A stretch of DNA of 63,996 nt, the filler included, from Stramenopiles sp. TOSAG23-3 (Eukaryota): NCBI GenBank assembly GCA_900128585.1. It is 3 parts of 3 records of this genome, joined end to end, with 100 filler letters (N's around TTAATTAATTAA, not from the genome) between each part and the next. Parts side by side here need not be neighbours in the genome. Positions count along the whole stretch, not along the records: positions 21,740 to 43,293 come from LT642353.1; positions 43,394 to 63,996 come from LT642373.1; 1 more part is not named here. One strand, written 5' to 3'. Shown piece after piece: positions 38,101 through 49,300 of the stretch; position 1 is the stretch's first letter, and each line of letters begins with the position of its first letter. Both the position numbers and the translations under genes were made by a program. A model generated the notes under the pieces. It did not search any database and was not told the DNA's origin. It was given only the letters and a program-made list of their open reading frames with translations.

Positions 38101-39336
38101 GGAACGATATGGGAAGGGAGGAAAAGAACTTTTTCCACTGTTCAACATATGTTTGTTGATGTTGAAGAGATATTCGCACCGAACTCAAGTAACCCAAAGA
38201 AAATTACTGCCAAAGCAAGCGCGAAGAAAAAAACGGCATTATCATTCCTCGACCCTAAACGGACACAAAATTTAGGGATTGCACTAGCCCGAGTTTGGTC
38301 AGGTTCTTTTGTTGATCTCGCAAATGCAATCACTCATTTGAAAGCTGATTTAATTGGCCTTGATAACGTAGAAAAACTTTTGAAAATTGCTCCCACAAAA
38401 GAAGAAATCTCTTTAGTTAGTGCATACAATGGAGATGTCATTTTGCTAAATAAAGCTGATCGATTTGTTCATGAAATATCTACTGTGCAACGATTATCAG
38501 GGCGTCTGGAAATAATGCTGTTCTGCGGTAGGTTTAATGACCAAAAGGGCGCCATTTCGGGAAATATCGATACAATAAAGGATGCCAGCGAAGAACTTTC
38601 AAGGAGTGAAAGACTCCCAGAGTTCTTAGGAATAATACTGTCACTGGGAAATAAATTAAATCAAAATACTCGAAAACAACTAGCAGCCGGTATTAAAATC
38701 GACAGTTTAACGAAGTTGGCAACTACAAAAGGAAAAACCGGGGTAACAGTTCTAGAATATATGGTAGAAAATTTATTAAAACGCAGTCCTAATATCCTAG
38801 ATTTATCGCAAGACTTTACTCACTTAAAGGCGGCGTCAACGATCAATTACGGAACAATGCAGAATGATATAAGAAAACTTCATGGAGGGGTCAATTTACT
38901 TTCGCGGCATCTCTCAATTGACGAAGAAAAAGGAGAGGATATATTTGCTTGCCAATATGGAGCTTTTTTTGAGCGGGCTTCAATTCAAATGCAAGAAATG
39001 CAAACGAAATTTGATGCTATGACCGAAGCTTACAATATTTTGTCCCTTTGGCTGGGGGAAGACCCAAAAAAAACAGAGCCAGCAGTTCTCTTCAATCAAA
39101 TTCTCAATTTTTTGGCGGCAGTTAACAACGCAAAGATAAAGGTACAAGAAAAGCATAAGCGATTGAAAAAAAGTTTAAGGCGGGAAGAGGAAAAAAAGAT
39201 ACAAATTAAGAATAGTAGTATAGCACAAAAACAAAAACCCACCCAAAGCTTATTAAATGACTCACAAGAAATAGAGAGGCACGAGAAGAAGTCTCGACGA
39301 TATTCTGTGGACGCATGGGCGGAAGAAGAAGACTGA
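35158..39336 (+). CDS. Formin: N-terminal TPR repeats and C-terminal FH2 domain, no polyproline FH1
   Basis: Kinesin-light-chain-type TPRs (IYGSEHLATSDAYSLLG, LANSYYNVG, KILGETNP). FH2 motifs are KLRALHW, GTIW, LDPKRTQNLGIAL, ILSLGNKLN, GIKIDSLTKLATTK and LGEDP. Confidence 0.92.
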   Translation: MNGRPSRMTVQNGKLRLQWWIVELLQIGSNEHASLLALQSYQDALKTENGLEIAQATLLLGVCFSRRRMLNEAKTCAEDCEVKLSSLDVRVKERIELFSALGELYCTIGMATRAVKMFERVCEFCEEIYGSEHLATSDAYSLLGCCFGSLGALDGALEFCEKALFIRNKKTGEQQQYLANSYYNVGVILRMLGQLNLARQRISAAHKIRTNVYGGFSLPTAEVEISLGQTQEQRGYYHDAANRYERAYRIRQKILGETNPLCIEAFSLMESAVTMSKNNREVRSCTKYYTVTEIETAIKELNFCVRLKNAARRCNYLNPYLQAELVATLALGNFDVAGIRRRFQYHVDLIDRLVEFMDPKEVCGIGVLSIFETIERCLLKVTENELIPHSVCENILTACPISIEKLQNLFAGEGALQKKIYALIDALTSQRGVQKVPHTKYIRVTNLQRLIVAICKINAESLSSGLMPLVPPATTEKLLNACSYSLSDTSIMQIIEETETGEAIIRQLAADNLMLENFFRSGNNEDDNDIYSAQDIFVAFTLMREMNPDIRFSSFALSKLIKKAAKGLLSARQIAAIFGENEEIYRLWFLPFLQLVGISSGFCSFRPKAKDTTRGHFASFINGVKIANTDSTIGEFRLRKKRNRDIFCREIASCTQAQISKIPANVGQINIFTDSKNAEEQSESEPAALFEDSQLIGSVKLAIQRLPKNVGDQQVFGSILEDIYFSRIKSVASLSMLVRGGSYGEFEGKEMFLSSVNDNLILAGSQKKDFPESNNSDVMQSNNPYIEAVPLKLQAKLSYLATLKLKYPHLSGVFEEVEKDLHLLPDDYVAANNDSFEEKQNKNMIKNEAKCSVVPGRRLKMVPMTAVELWALVQSKLFIFGAFNRAVRIQKYRLCREKIKLVGIFTRLCELARMRVPCLKLFSLSLFSYFSRSKTLGLSSLQNPQRSSMRNKNKSKIPYQKYDGPKLRALHWATVNEEQTKGTIWEGRKRTFSTVQHMFVDVEEIFAPNSSNPKKITAKASAKKKTALSFLDPKRTQNLGIALARVWSGSFVDLANAITHLKADLIGLDNVEKLLKIAPTKEEISLVSAYNGDVILLNKADRFVHEISTVQRLSGRLEIMLFCGRFNDQKGAISGNIDTIKDASEELSRSERLPEFLGIILSLGNKLNQNTRKQLAAGIKIDSLTKLATTKGKTGVTVLEYMVENLLKRSPNILDLSQDFTHLKAASTINYGTMQNDIRKLHGGVNLLSRHLSIDEEKGEDIFACQYGAFFERASIQMQEMQTKFDAMTEAYNILSLWLGEDPKKTEPAVLFNQILNFLAAVNNAKIKVQEKHKRLKKSLRREEEKKIQIKNSSIAQKQKPTQSLLNDSQEIERHEKKSRRYSVDAWAEEED

Positions 39337-39436
39337 AACAACTGCTAACTTGCAACGTTTGTGGCCACTTGTAAGGTAAGTTTTAGTATTAAAACCTATA
39401 TATATTATTAAATAACCTTTAATAGACCAAAAAAAA

Positions 39437-39592
39437 GAGCATATTCATATTCGCGGTACATGAAGAAGATAAATTTTACTTTTTTAAATAACAGATCATA
39501 AATGGAGTACATCTGAGAATGATAGTCAAGACTAAGTGACAAGGGTATATCGATTAGTAAAACCAAAAGAGTTCATGAAGGAATGTAAACCT
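39437..39592 (+). mobile_element. Two juxtaposed family A fragments
   Basis: TTCGCGGTACATGAAGAAGATAAATTTTA...AAATAACAG, then ATGGAGTACATCTGAGAATGATAGTCAAGACTAAGTGACAAGGG...CATGAAGGAATGTAAACC. Confidence 0.8.
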
Positions 39593-39887
39593 AGAAAGTC
39601 AGTTTTTTGTTTTTATTAGGCTATAACTTGAAATTAATGTATTCGAAAAACATTGAATTTTATCGCAAAAACTTAAAATATCGTACTTGTAATCGTCTAG
39701 ACGACTATTTTGCCTATATAAATTGGTATAGTGAAAACAAACTAAACCATTTTTTGTGAAATAAAAAACACGATGCTAATAGCTTTCTATGTATTAGTTA
39801 AAAATCACGTGTTCCTGTAGTACTGATAATTCCTATTTTTTAGGTATGATATATATACCAACTGTCTTAATTAATAGATTCCATTAA

Positions 39888-40478
39888 GGTGAATTAAGTC
39901 GTAAAGTGATGTCGGAAGTATAAAGTCGTAGCAAGGGCTAGAAACGCAACCGAGCGCACAGCATAAACTACGCAAAGAGAACTCACGTTCAAAATATATG
40001 AATCGAAGCGAACCAAAGTAAAGTACGGGACACGCATGTAGAAACAAGACATCCACCTGCAAAATTCGTACGTCAAGAAAAGAAACTTTCAGTGAACTTG
40101 TATAACATATTCACAGAATGAGCGCGACGTATATTTTCGAAGAATTTATTCGGAATGAAGAAAATAATATTCAATTCGGAATAAATATCCGAATTATTCG
40201 CATGATTAACATCAACACAGCACAGAATATATTAGCGAAATAAAAACTCAGAATCGATAGTGCATTAACAGCGACTACGATATGGCGTCACGACTGCGAC
40301 AACGACGACAAACATTTGATTTATATATCATTCCTTGCAAGGATGTACGAGCTGTCATTGTTGATGAAAAGATTTAGTTTAAGAAAAGAAAAAGACGAGA
40401 AAAAGAAGAGAACGTAAGTCAGTTAAAAGTATTTAATAAAAGAATTCTATCTTGTAACTACATTACGAATTATTCACA
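39888..40478 (+). mobile_element. Solo-LTR-like element (~590 bp)
   Basis: Imperfect inverted termini (GTGAATTAAGTCGTAAAGT vs reverse complement GTGAATAATTCGTAATGT), ends in TTCACA, purine-rich 5' part, TATA-like at ~40321 and AATAAA at 40435. No TSD seen. Confidence 0.35.
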
Positions 40479-41441
40479 ACTCCAACTTTCCACCGATTGT
40501 GAAAAGAACAATACACTACAATTGTAATAGTCGTCTAAGAAAAAAAAGTTTTTGATGTTGCTTTCTTTCGCTCCTAGCTATTATATTGTACTTTGCACAG
40601 TTAGTGAAGGTTGCAGTGCAAGGCACAATACAAGTACACATTCATTGCCAATAATGTGATGACAAGTACGTAAATAAGCAAATTAGACAGGAAAATCTCA
40701 ACAAAATAACAGGTAATAGCAGCCAAAATATCAATATAAGAAGAAAAACAAAATATTTAGGTGATGTTTTCCCTTTTTTTCCGACTTTCCGATTTTAATG
40801 ACTTCTAAGCTATTATAACAGGTAGGGAATAATATAATTATTTTATCATTTTGTAATCATGTAGTCAAATTTGGGACCAGAATGAGCTATTTAAGTTTCT
40901 ACATGAAATACAATTAAGAATTATTATAGGTGGTGTAGAGTGTAATTGGAACCATTAATAACGTGTTTTTAAAATCGAATACAAGTAGACCCCATGTCCG
41001 TTTTTGTAAGAGGGAATTTTTTTTTGTACTTTATAACACAGACAGCAGTATACAGCACAGTACGAGAAAACAGAAAAAGAGCACAATAAAATACACTGGA
41101 AATTACAACTGAACAGACAAATAGCAAACATCAAAAATAGTCTGAATAGTGTTCAGAATAGGTCAACAAGGAAAAAACTAACAGCAGGTTTCTCGGTCGT
41201 ACTAGGGGTTAGGGGCGGGGCACCATCATCGCCATGCCGTAACTGTGTAACCTTATTGGGTATACCAACACTGGTGATGAGGAGAAAAGACAAAAAATTC
41301 CGCACACCCAACGGTACTTTTGTGATATTAACATTCGATACGGTACAACTTATATTCTTCATACACAATTTTACACAGTAGACAATTGGGTCCGATATTC
41401 GATCGTTAAGAGACAGTGCAATTGAAACCATTAATGCTCAA

Positions 41442-42074
41442 ATGGACCGTGGCATAACAGTTGGAAACCCGATACTTTATGCGAAAGGGAAAATAAAGGA
41501 AAACAGATGGATGCGAAAGCGACTTTTAAGTGTTCAGTCTACAGTCGATAACAAATGCCCCAAGTCATACATGAACAGAAAATTTCGCAGGAAAAATTTA
41601 AAGAAAGCGCAACTGGAAGAGGATAGAAGGCGAACAATAACTCAAGACAACACAATAATGTTGAAAAGCATATCGAGTATAATGAGGCGTAATAATATTG
41701 ATACGTGGGCAAGCACGCGAAAATATGTTCCTGGAATGAGCAACGTTCAAGCTCGCAAAAAGCACCTGCGCTTTATTAACTGGGAAAATAAAATTTTGCA
41801 CAAAAGGATCATGAGCACAACTCCTTGGATATCCAACAAAGAGATGAAAGACAGTTTTGAGAACCAGCTAAAACATTTAAGACACATGGGAGAATATGCA
41901 TATAAAGGTGGCGGTAAAAAGAACGGTTCGTTTGACAAATATTGGCAACTGGCTGTTTATGAAGCCAGGCCAATTTATAGAAGTAGTTCAAATCCTCACC
42001 AGCATACGCCAAATGTATCAAATGCAAACATGACTAAAGGGTGTATGCCGAAAAGAAGACTGTCAAAAAAATAA
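41442..42074 (+). CDS. CFAP97/KIAA1430 (Hemingway)-family ciliary protein
   Basis: RLLSVQSTVDNKCP, NLKKAQLEEDRRRTITQDNTIMLKSISSI and RKKHLRFINWENKILHKRI match the KIAA1430 domain pattern. Confidence 0.8.
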   Translation: MDRGITVGNPILYAKGKIKENRWMRKRLLSVQSTVDNKCPKSYMNRKFRRKNLKKAQLEEDRRRTITQDNTIMLKSISSIMRRNNIDTWASTRKYVPGMSNVQARKKHLRFINWENKILHKRIMSTTPWISNKEMKDSFENQLKHLRHMGEYAYKGGGKKNGSFDKYWQLAVYEARPIYRSSSNPHQHTPNVSNANMTKGCMPKRRLSKK

Positions 42075-42309
42075 TTTCAACAAAGATAGTTAGAGCAGTG
42101 TTCCGCATACAGTGGACATCACTACCTTCGACAATTAAGTGGAATGAGCAGGCGGTTATCTCAGCGCTAATTCGACGTGTGATGGAAGAAAGCAGTCAAG
42201 AGCAATTAATTTCTTCAAATAGTTTTAAAATATCGAAAATTTTGTTTTTTTTTGGGGGTCGATATTACTACACGTGTGCCCCCACCAAGCATGAAATTAC
42301 AAAGGTTGC

Positions 42310-42331
42310 ACTAATGTACTAGTACATTAGT
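42310..42331. other. Perfect 22-bp palindrome
   Basis: ACTAATGTACTAGTACATTAGT is self-complementary. Confidence 0.9.
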
Positions 42332-42379
42332 TTTTGAAAAAATCAATAATAAGATATGTTAAATTTTCACAATTGAAGT

Positions 42380-42858
42380 ACAATCCTCAATGCAATCATC
42401 GGATGAAGGGGACCAGAGCATCGCCCGCAGGACGAGATACCAATTGTCACGCCAAAGAACCACAACCACCGCACTGCACACCGAATCTTCACCATCGCAA
42501 CAGAACCCACAAACGCCGATTACACACCGACCCAAATGACCCTCTCCCGACACCTCAACTCACAAATGACAATTCCCTGACTGGTTTACAAGACGCTTGG
42601 AAAATTACACAACGACTGATTCATTTACGATTGAGACATCGGATGAGGAAGTTGACTACGAGTCTTTTGACATCGACGCAAATCGACATACCGATTCAGA
42701 TCATGCATGGAGTAGACATGAGAACGATAGTCAAGACTAAGTGACAGGGGTCTATTGATTGAGTTTTAGTAAAATCTAAGGGGCAGAGATATAAGTTCGC
42801 AGTATAATGAAGAAGATAAATTTTAATTTCTTAAATATAACAGCCAATTTTTTGTTTT
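42380..42858 (+). mobile_element. Longest family A copy (~480 bp): degenerate ORF C-terminus, 3' UTR and T-rich end
   Basis: One frame reads QSSDEGDQSIARRTR...*...*QFPDWFTRRLENYTTTDSFTIETSDEEVDYESFDID...HENDSQD* (stop 42738-42740), followed by GTGACAGGGG...GTTCGCAGTATAATGAAGAAGATAAATTTTAA...AACAGCCAATTTTTTGTTTT. Confidence 0.8.
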
Positions 42859-43293
42859 AGATTTAAATATATACAGCGCTAGATATATGTAAAAAATTTA
42901 AGGTTAATACACAGTGTGACAACTGAAAATACACTGCTGTTTTAATTTTTAGGTAGACGACTATTTTCAAGTATAACTTTTTAGTGGACAAAAACAAATG
43001 TTTTATATATATTCTTCATTCGTTTACGTTTACATTACGTTAGCACTAGTTACGGGCTCAATAGGCTAAAGATCACACCCACTCAGGCAATTATTAATGA
43101 TAGGCGTCCGTATTTAATACACTACATTATCATGACCAGGTGTATTGAAATAAGGCCCTGCCAGGCGTCCCGAATGATGGTAATTTCATTGTTTTCATTG
43201 GATTTATTATTTTTATTTTGTACTTCAAAAGTGTGTTACAGTATAACATTAATATTATAACACATTATATATTTCGTTATTATTTTAAAAGAG

Positions 43294-43393
43294 NNNNNNN
43301 NNNNNNNNNNNNNNNNNNNNNNNNNNNNNNNNNNNNNTTAATTAATTAANNNNNNNNNNNNNNNNNNNNNNNNNNNNNNNNNNNNNNNNNNNN
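43294..43393. other. Artificial scaffold linker
   Basis: 44 N + TTAATTAATTAA + 44 N. Confidence 0.98.
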
Positions 43394-46300
43394 ACAAGCG
43401 CAGTGTCCCTCAGTGGAGACGCCCAGAACATCAACGTTCACTTAAGTAGTCAAATTATCGAAGTCGACCCCGCCTACATTAGTCTGTCGTCGCAGAAGAC
43501 TGTGAAAGTCTTCAACCGCAGTGGCGTCCCTGTACAATTCAGCTGGAAAGCGTTTGGGGCGTCTGTAGAAGAGCAGCACGAGCGCCACAGGCTTCATATG
43601 GAGCTGAACCGTATGGAAGAGTTGGAAAAGAAAAATTTAGATTCTCAATTCTTCGAAGAAGAAGAAGGCGACGCGGAAGACTACAGCGATGACGAGGCAA
43701 TGGGCAACATGCCGGCGGCCAAACGAAGGGAGCTTGCCGCGCTGGTACGCAAATACAAGCACTTAAGGCGAGCAGTCCAGGAAGATGCTTTGCTTTTTGC
43801 AGACGAGAACTTTTCGATCGAGCCTATTTCTGGGGAAGTGTGGGCAAACAGCGAGCTAGAATTCACAATAACATTCTCTCCCGAGCATGCCGCCGATTAT
43901 GCGTGCGTAGCATTTTTAGAAACTACCGGCCGTGAACAGTGCTTGCCTCTAAAAATCCAGGCCACTGGTATAGGCCCACAGGCCTCGTTCACGTACGACG
44001 TCCTGGATATTGGCGACGTATTTGTTAACAGCGAGCACACGTACGAGCTCGTCATGGAAAACAGTGGGGAAATTGATGCGGAGTACGATTTGCAACCGTC
44101 TGACACTCCATTCGGACCAAAGTTTAAGTTTTCCCCAGAAAGTGGGAAATTGGCTGTTGGTGAGGCGCACAAAATTGAGGTTTCATTCTGTTCTGAGATT
44201 CTTGGCGAATTCTCAGAACATTTTCATTACAATTTGAAAGGGAGCCAGCAGCCCTTGAGTGTCCATTTTAAAGGGCACGTTGTGGGACCAACCTTCCACT
44301 TTGATGTGGAAGACATCGATTTTGGTGTCGTGTCTTACGAATTTGTGAACACGAAAAAATTCACCTTGTACAATACAAGCGAGATTCCAATGACTTACAA
44401 GATGAGGGTCCCCCAGGACGGAAAATTTCTACAGAAAGAATTTGACATTGTTCCCTCGAGCGGGACGATCGTCCCTGATGGTAAAGTGGACATACAAGTA
44501 GATTTCATTTCCACGACTGTGCGCCTGTACGAAATGTACCTCACGGTTGACGTTGAAAATGTAGGAGAAGGTCTGCTATCGATTCCGATTAAAGCGGAGT
44601 GCAGGCTGCCAGACGTGCAGGTTGCGAGTGAAGAGATTGACTTTGCCTCTTGCTTTTTGCGGTATCCCTATGAACAAGTGCTGGAACTGGTGAACGATAG
44701 TGACCAAATGGCTCGGTATGAAATTTTGCCGCAGGAGGAGCACACAATGATTTTAGGTACTTACGAAACGGACGAGGCCAAAGGAACTATTGACGCGCGC
44801 AGTCGCATAGAAGTTCCGATAACGCTTACGTGTGAAAAGCTGGGGAAAGTCAGCCTTCCACTATTTGTAAAAATAGCAGGGCAAGAGAGACCGCCAATGA
44901 ACGTTGCATTGAACGCGAACGCTACTGGGCCAAATGTCATCCTTGACCAAAACGAAGGTATAAATTGGGGGCCAACTACATGCCTAATTCCGTCTATTCG
45001 GGAATTGAAGGTCACGAACGACTCGCTCATTCCTGCCCCGTTCCGTACCTTTATGAAGACGCAAGGCAGTGTATTTTCAGTTAATATTAACGAAGGTATG
45101 CTTGCCCCTCAGGAAAGTATTGTATTAAAGATCACTGCAAAGTTGGACGATACGATTGTACACAAGGACCAGCTGCAAATCATAGTGCACGAGGGTGGCA
45201 CGATTGTTGTTCCTCTGGTCGCCAAAGGAGAAGGAACGACTCTATCCTGCGACGATGACATATCATTTATCGAATATGACTACCAATTCACTAGTGTAAC
45301 CTGTGAAAAAAGGTTCTTCATAAAGAACCTTGGTCGTCGGAGCCAAGATATCACATGGGTAAACAAAACTGTGAAAGAAAACAATGAAAAGGCTCAAGCT
45401 CAATACACCATCACTCTTCGAGAACACAAAGAGAAAGGCGATGGTAAAAAGAAGAAGAAAAGAAAGCCGCCACCGGAGCCTGTAGAAGCCAGTCCAGTGT
45501 TTACGGTTGAACCAGAAACCGTAACGCTAAAACCAAACACTGGGTGTGAATTCAGCTTCTATGGAAATACTCCCATGACTGAATCGTTTTTGGAAGAGCT
45601 GGTCTGTCAAATTACCCAAGGCAAAGAGAAGAAAGGTCGTCCAATGCTCAACTGCAAATGCCACGGAATTTTCATTAACCCTGTTTTGGAACCATCAGCA
45701 AAAGAGTTGTCTTACGTGTATACCTGGAGAGACGGTGTCCCATTGACCACACAGACGCAACCAATAACTTTGCGAAATGTGTCCGAGCTGCCATTAGAAT
45801 TTATTCTTCGAACGTCAGAACCGTTCAGTATTGACACGTATGAATTTAAGCTCATGCCCAACGAGACGACGACTGTCAATGTGACTTTTGATCCCGGGTA
45901 TAAAGATGATAGGGTCTCGCATGTTGCACAGGGTAAGCTGACGGCCGTATACCGTGAGCACCCAAATCGAGACAATATTCCACTGATTGGTGAGATTAAC
46001 TTTCCTAATTTGGAGTTTGATTATACCACTGTTGATTTTGGCACATGTTTGAATGACACGACACAAACTGTTAGCGTTCGTGTTACAAACACCAGTAGCA
46101 TTGATACTGATTTGAGTTGGACCTTTGAAGCAGACGAGGAGGCTGCGAGAAAGGCCGCGACTGCTGCGAAGCCGTATATTCCAGTAAACCAAGTTTTTGA
46201 CGTACTCCCGATACGTAGTTTATTGCGTCCCGGTGAATCTGAAATAGTAGAGTTTGCCTTTTATGGTCATGCCAACCGCAAGTTTCGAACCACATGCGTA

Positions 46301-49300
46301 GGCTTAGTCCAAGGGGGCCCAGAGTACCCTATTGTATTGCAAGGCGAAGCGTCTTTAATAGCTCACAGAATAGACCAGACATATTTGGATTTCGGAAAAG
46401 TTCCATATGATGTCGAAGATGAAGTGAAAGAATTTAGTATTGTGAATCCAGGACGTGTTCCATTTGATTATAGGCTACGGTTGGATGAGTTGTCTCGCCC
46501 CGGCATCGTTGTTGCAGGGCCAGTGTCTGGTAAAATATATGCTGGTGATAAACAGAAAGTTACGGTCCGATTCCAGCCGGGGGTCCCTGACCGCATCATG
46601 GAAACGCTAAAAGTGGATATTGCCCATTTTGAACCCATAATGTTTCCAGTCTACGGACACGGTATATTCACGAATGTTTACGTTAGCTTGCCTCGAGAAG
46701 ATGAGAATGATGAAATCTGGCTGGCGACGGTTGAGGAAGCAAGAAGAGCAATTGAAGGAGCAGAGAACGGAGAGGTAGCGCCCAATCAACCTCCACTTCC
46801 TCCGGCATTTGCTCAAGATCAAGAACGTCCAGATACGAAACAATCAACGCTCACTACCGGTCGGGCAGCTATCAAAGAAAGAGCGAAAGAGAATGGGATC
46901 GAAATTAGTCAAGAAAATGCTGCTCTACCGCCAAAAACAGCTCCAGCAATGTTAGCAATACCGATCTCGGCTCGAAAAGATTCGATTGGTCGAAAAGATT
47001 CGATTGAAACCGTTCCAGATGCCCTCCTTCTGGGTGCAGAGAAAGACAAAAGCATGAAAATACAAAACGAAGCCAATCGTATTGTGTTCATGCGATACCT
47101 ACTGAAACAATTAGAAAACAATGCTAATGCCTTTGATATGGATGCGGTTCCTGAAGTAAATGAGGATGAAGACAGCGATGATCCGTTTGCAAAAACAGAA
47201 ACGAAGAGGGACATGCGCAAATCAGTTCCAGTTCCAAAATTGTCCCTTGCTGCAGCAGTGGTCGAAGCCCCAAGCAAAAATGCAATGCAACGAGCAAAAC
47301 CCATTGAAGAAGAAATGGATGGTGGTTTAATGACAGTGCGCAGTCAGTTTACACCTGACTTCATTCTAGCAAAATACGTGTGTGACTTTGGTCATGTAGT
47401 GGCCGGTACTGTGCGCAAAAAGAAGTTCACTGTCGCAAACACGGGCTACTTACCGGTAACCTTCACAATAGATGCAGGACCTGCTACTTCCAAAGGGTTT
47501 CATATAGATCCAGAAAAGGTTAAGAATGTCCCGGAAGGAGAAGACATCCCCTTCAAGATTGCGTTCAAGTCAAAACGAAGTCGCTTGGGCCCCATTCAAG
47601 TAGAAGTGCCAGTATTTTTAAAGGATGGCCCAGCACTAGTAATCGTGTTGAAGGCTAACGTAACGGTTCCGGATGTATCCGTTAATCCTGAAAAAGGAAT
47701 TAACTTTGGAACTGTACTTTTGGGGCGAACAAAGATCATCAATTTTCAATTGAAGAATTTAGCACCTGTTCCAACGACATGGACGCGGGCAAAGCAAGCT
47801 AAGAATGGTCAAGATGAAAATTACTTTATATGCACTCCTGATATAGGAACTTTGGCACCAGGTGAGGCCCAAAACGTCCAAGTCCACTTTACGCCTACTT
47901 CAAATCGCTCCTATGATTTTAAATTGCCGATCAAAATAACGTCAAACCCGAAGCAAAAAATTATTGATCTGAAAGGGCAAGGAAAAGAACTATCAATTAA
48001 CCTCAACCCATCCCGCGTTCAGCAAGTTCCTGTACTCCCATTTGCTGATCCTACGTCCGTGCAGGTCACTGTGACAAACGAGCATGACTACCCAATTGAA
48101 TTTTTCAGCTTAGATTTCGATGGTCAGTACAAAGAGGAAGAAAAATCATTGCGAGAAATTGACCCCGATTTATGGACAGGACACATCACCAGTGATTCAA
48201 TAGCAAAGGGGCACAGTTACAATACTACCATGATTGTTGAGCCCCGCGAAGTAGGGCAAGGCCTTCCCGAAAAAGTCATGGAAAATGTCAACCGACGAAA
48301 ACGCAAGGAAGCTAGACGTGAAAAGAGAGCCGCTCGTGCAGCTGCTAAACTTGCCGCCGAATCTGCTGGTGAAGAGTTTCCGCCTGAAGGTGAAGATCAA
48401 GAAAATTTAGACAGTACAGATGAAGAAGATGGCGGGGTTGGTGAACTTGAGGTCGAAGAGATTCCACCGACTAACAGAGAGGAAGGATTAGCACTTGACA
48501 TAGTATTTGAGGGCCTTCCAATGTCTGGTGCTGATGACTTGGGAAGAAAATTCGGTCTTGATAAAGGCTATACGCTCGTTGATATTGATGAAATGGTCCA
48601 GGACGCTATTGATACTAACACTCTTGGTGGCCGTGCGGCGAAAAAAATATTTGGATACTCAGAAGAGGGAGAAGCACCAGAAAATGTAGAGGATTGGACC
48701 TTGCCAAACGAATTGCTTGTTGCTATTGTCCAAGCACGTCTAAGTAACCGTGACTGTGGTGAAGGGGCAATTTTTCCTTCTCTTCTCACAAAGTATGCCA
48801 CGCCAGTTAATATGGCTGCCGCAATCAAAGAAGCTCTTTCTAAGCAAGTAGCAGAAGAAAAGAAAGTGGAAGCAACAGAAAACGCGGAGTCGCCAGAAGA
48901 AGCTGCCCCCGAAGAACTCCCGTTGCTTAAACAAGCCACTGATCATGGCCGCACACTAAAAGTTGCCTCTGGAGACCTACGAATGATTGTGTTTTCTAGT
49001 AGTGAGGAAGGAGAATTCACTGAGTACATCAAGAACCTCCGAAAATCGCTGCAAGAAGCTTCAAAAGAGCCTGTTGTAGAAAATGAAGGGGAAGAAAAGA
49101 CAGAAGAGAAGGAAGATGAAGAGCAAGCTAGTGATGCCGCTTTTGAGTCTGATCCTTTTGTAGAACTGTCAACGGAAGAAGTTGATGCAATGGCGGAAGA
49201 AGAGCGTGCAGACTATGACGCGCAATTGAAGAAATTTCAAAACCAAAAGGAAAAAGAAGCCCGTGAACTTGCTGCGAATATGCTAATTAAATTGGAAAGT

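Noticed and set aside
41277-41441. Upstream in-frame ATG and a possible 39-nt intron extending the CFAP97-like gene
   Set aside because: A GT..AG pair exists, but there is no independent support, and the protein appears complete from 41442.
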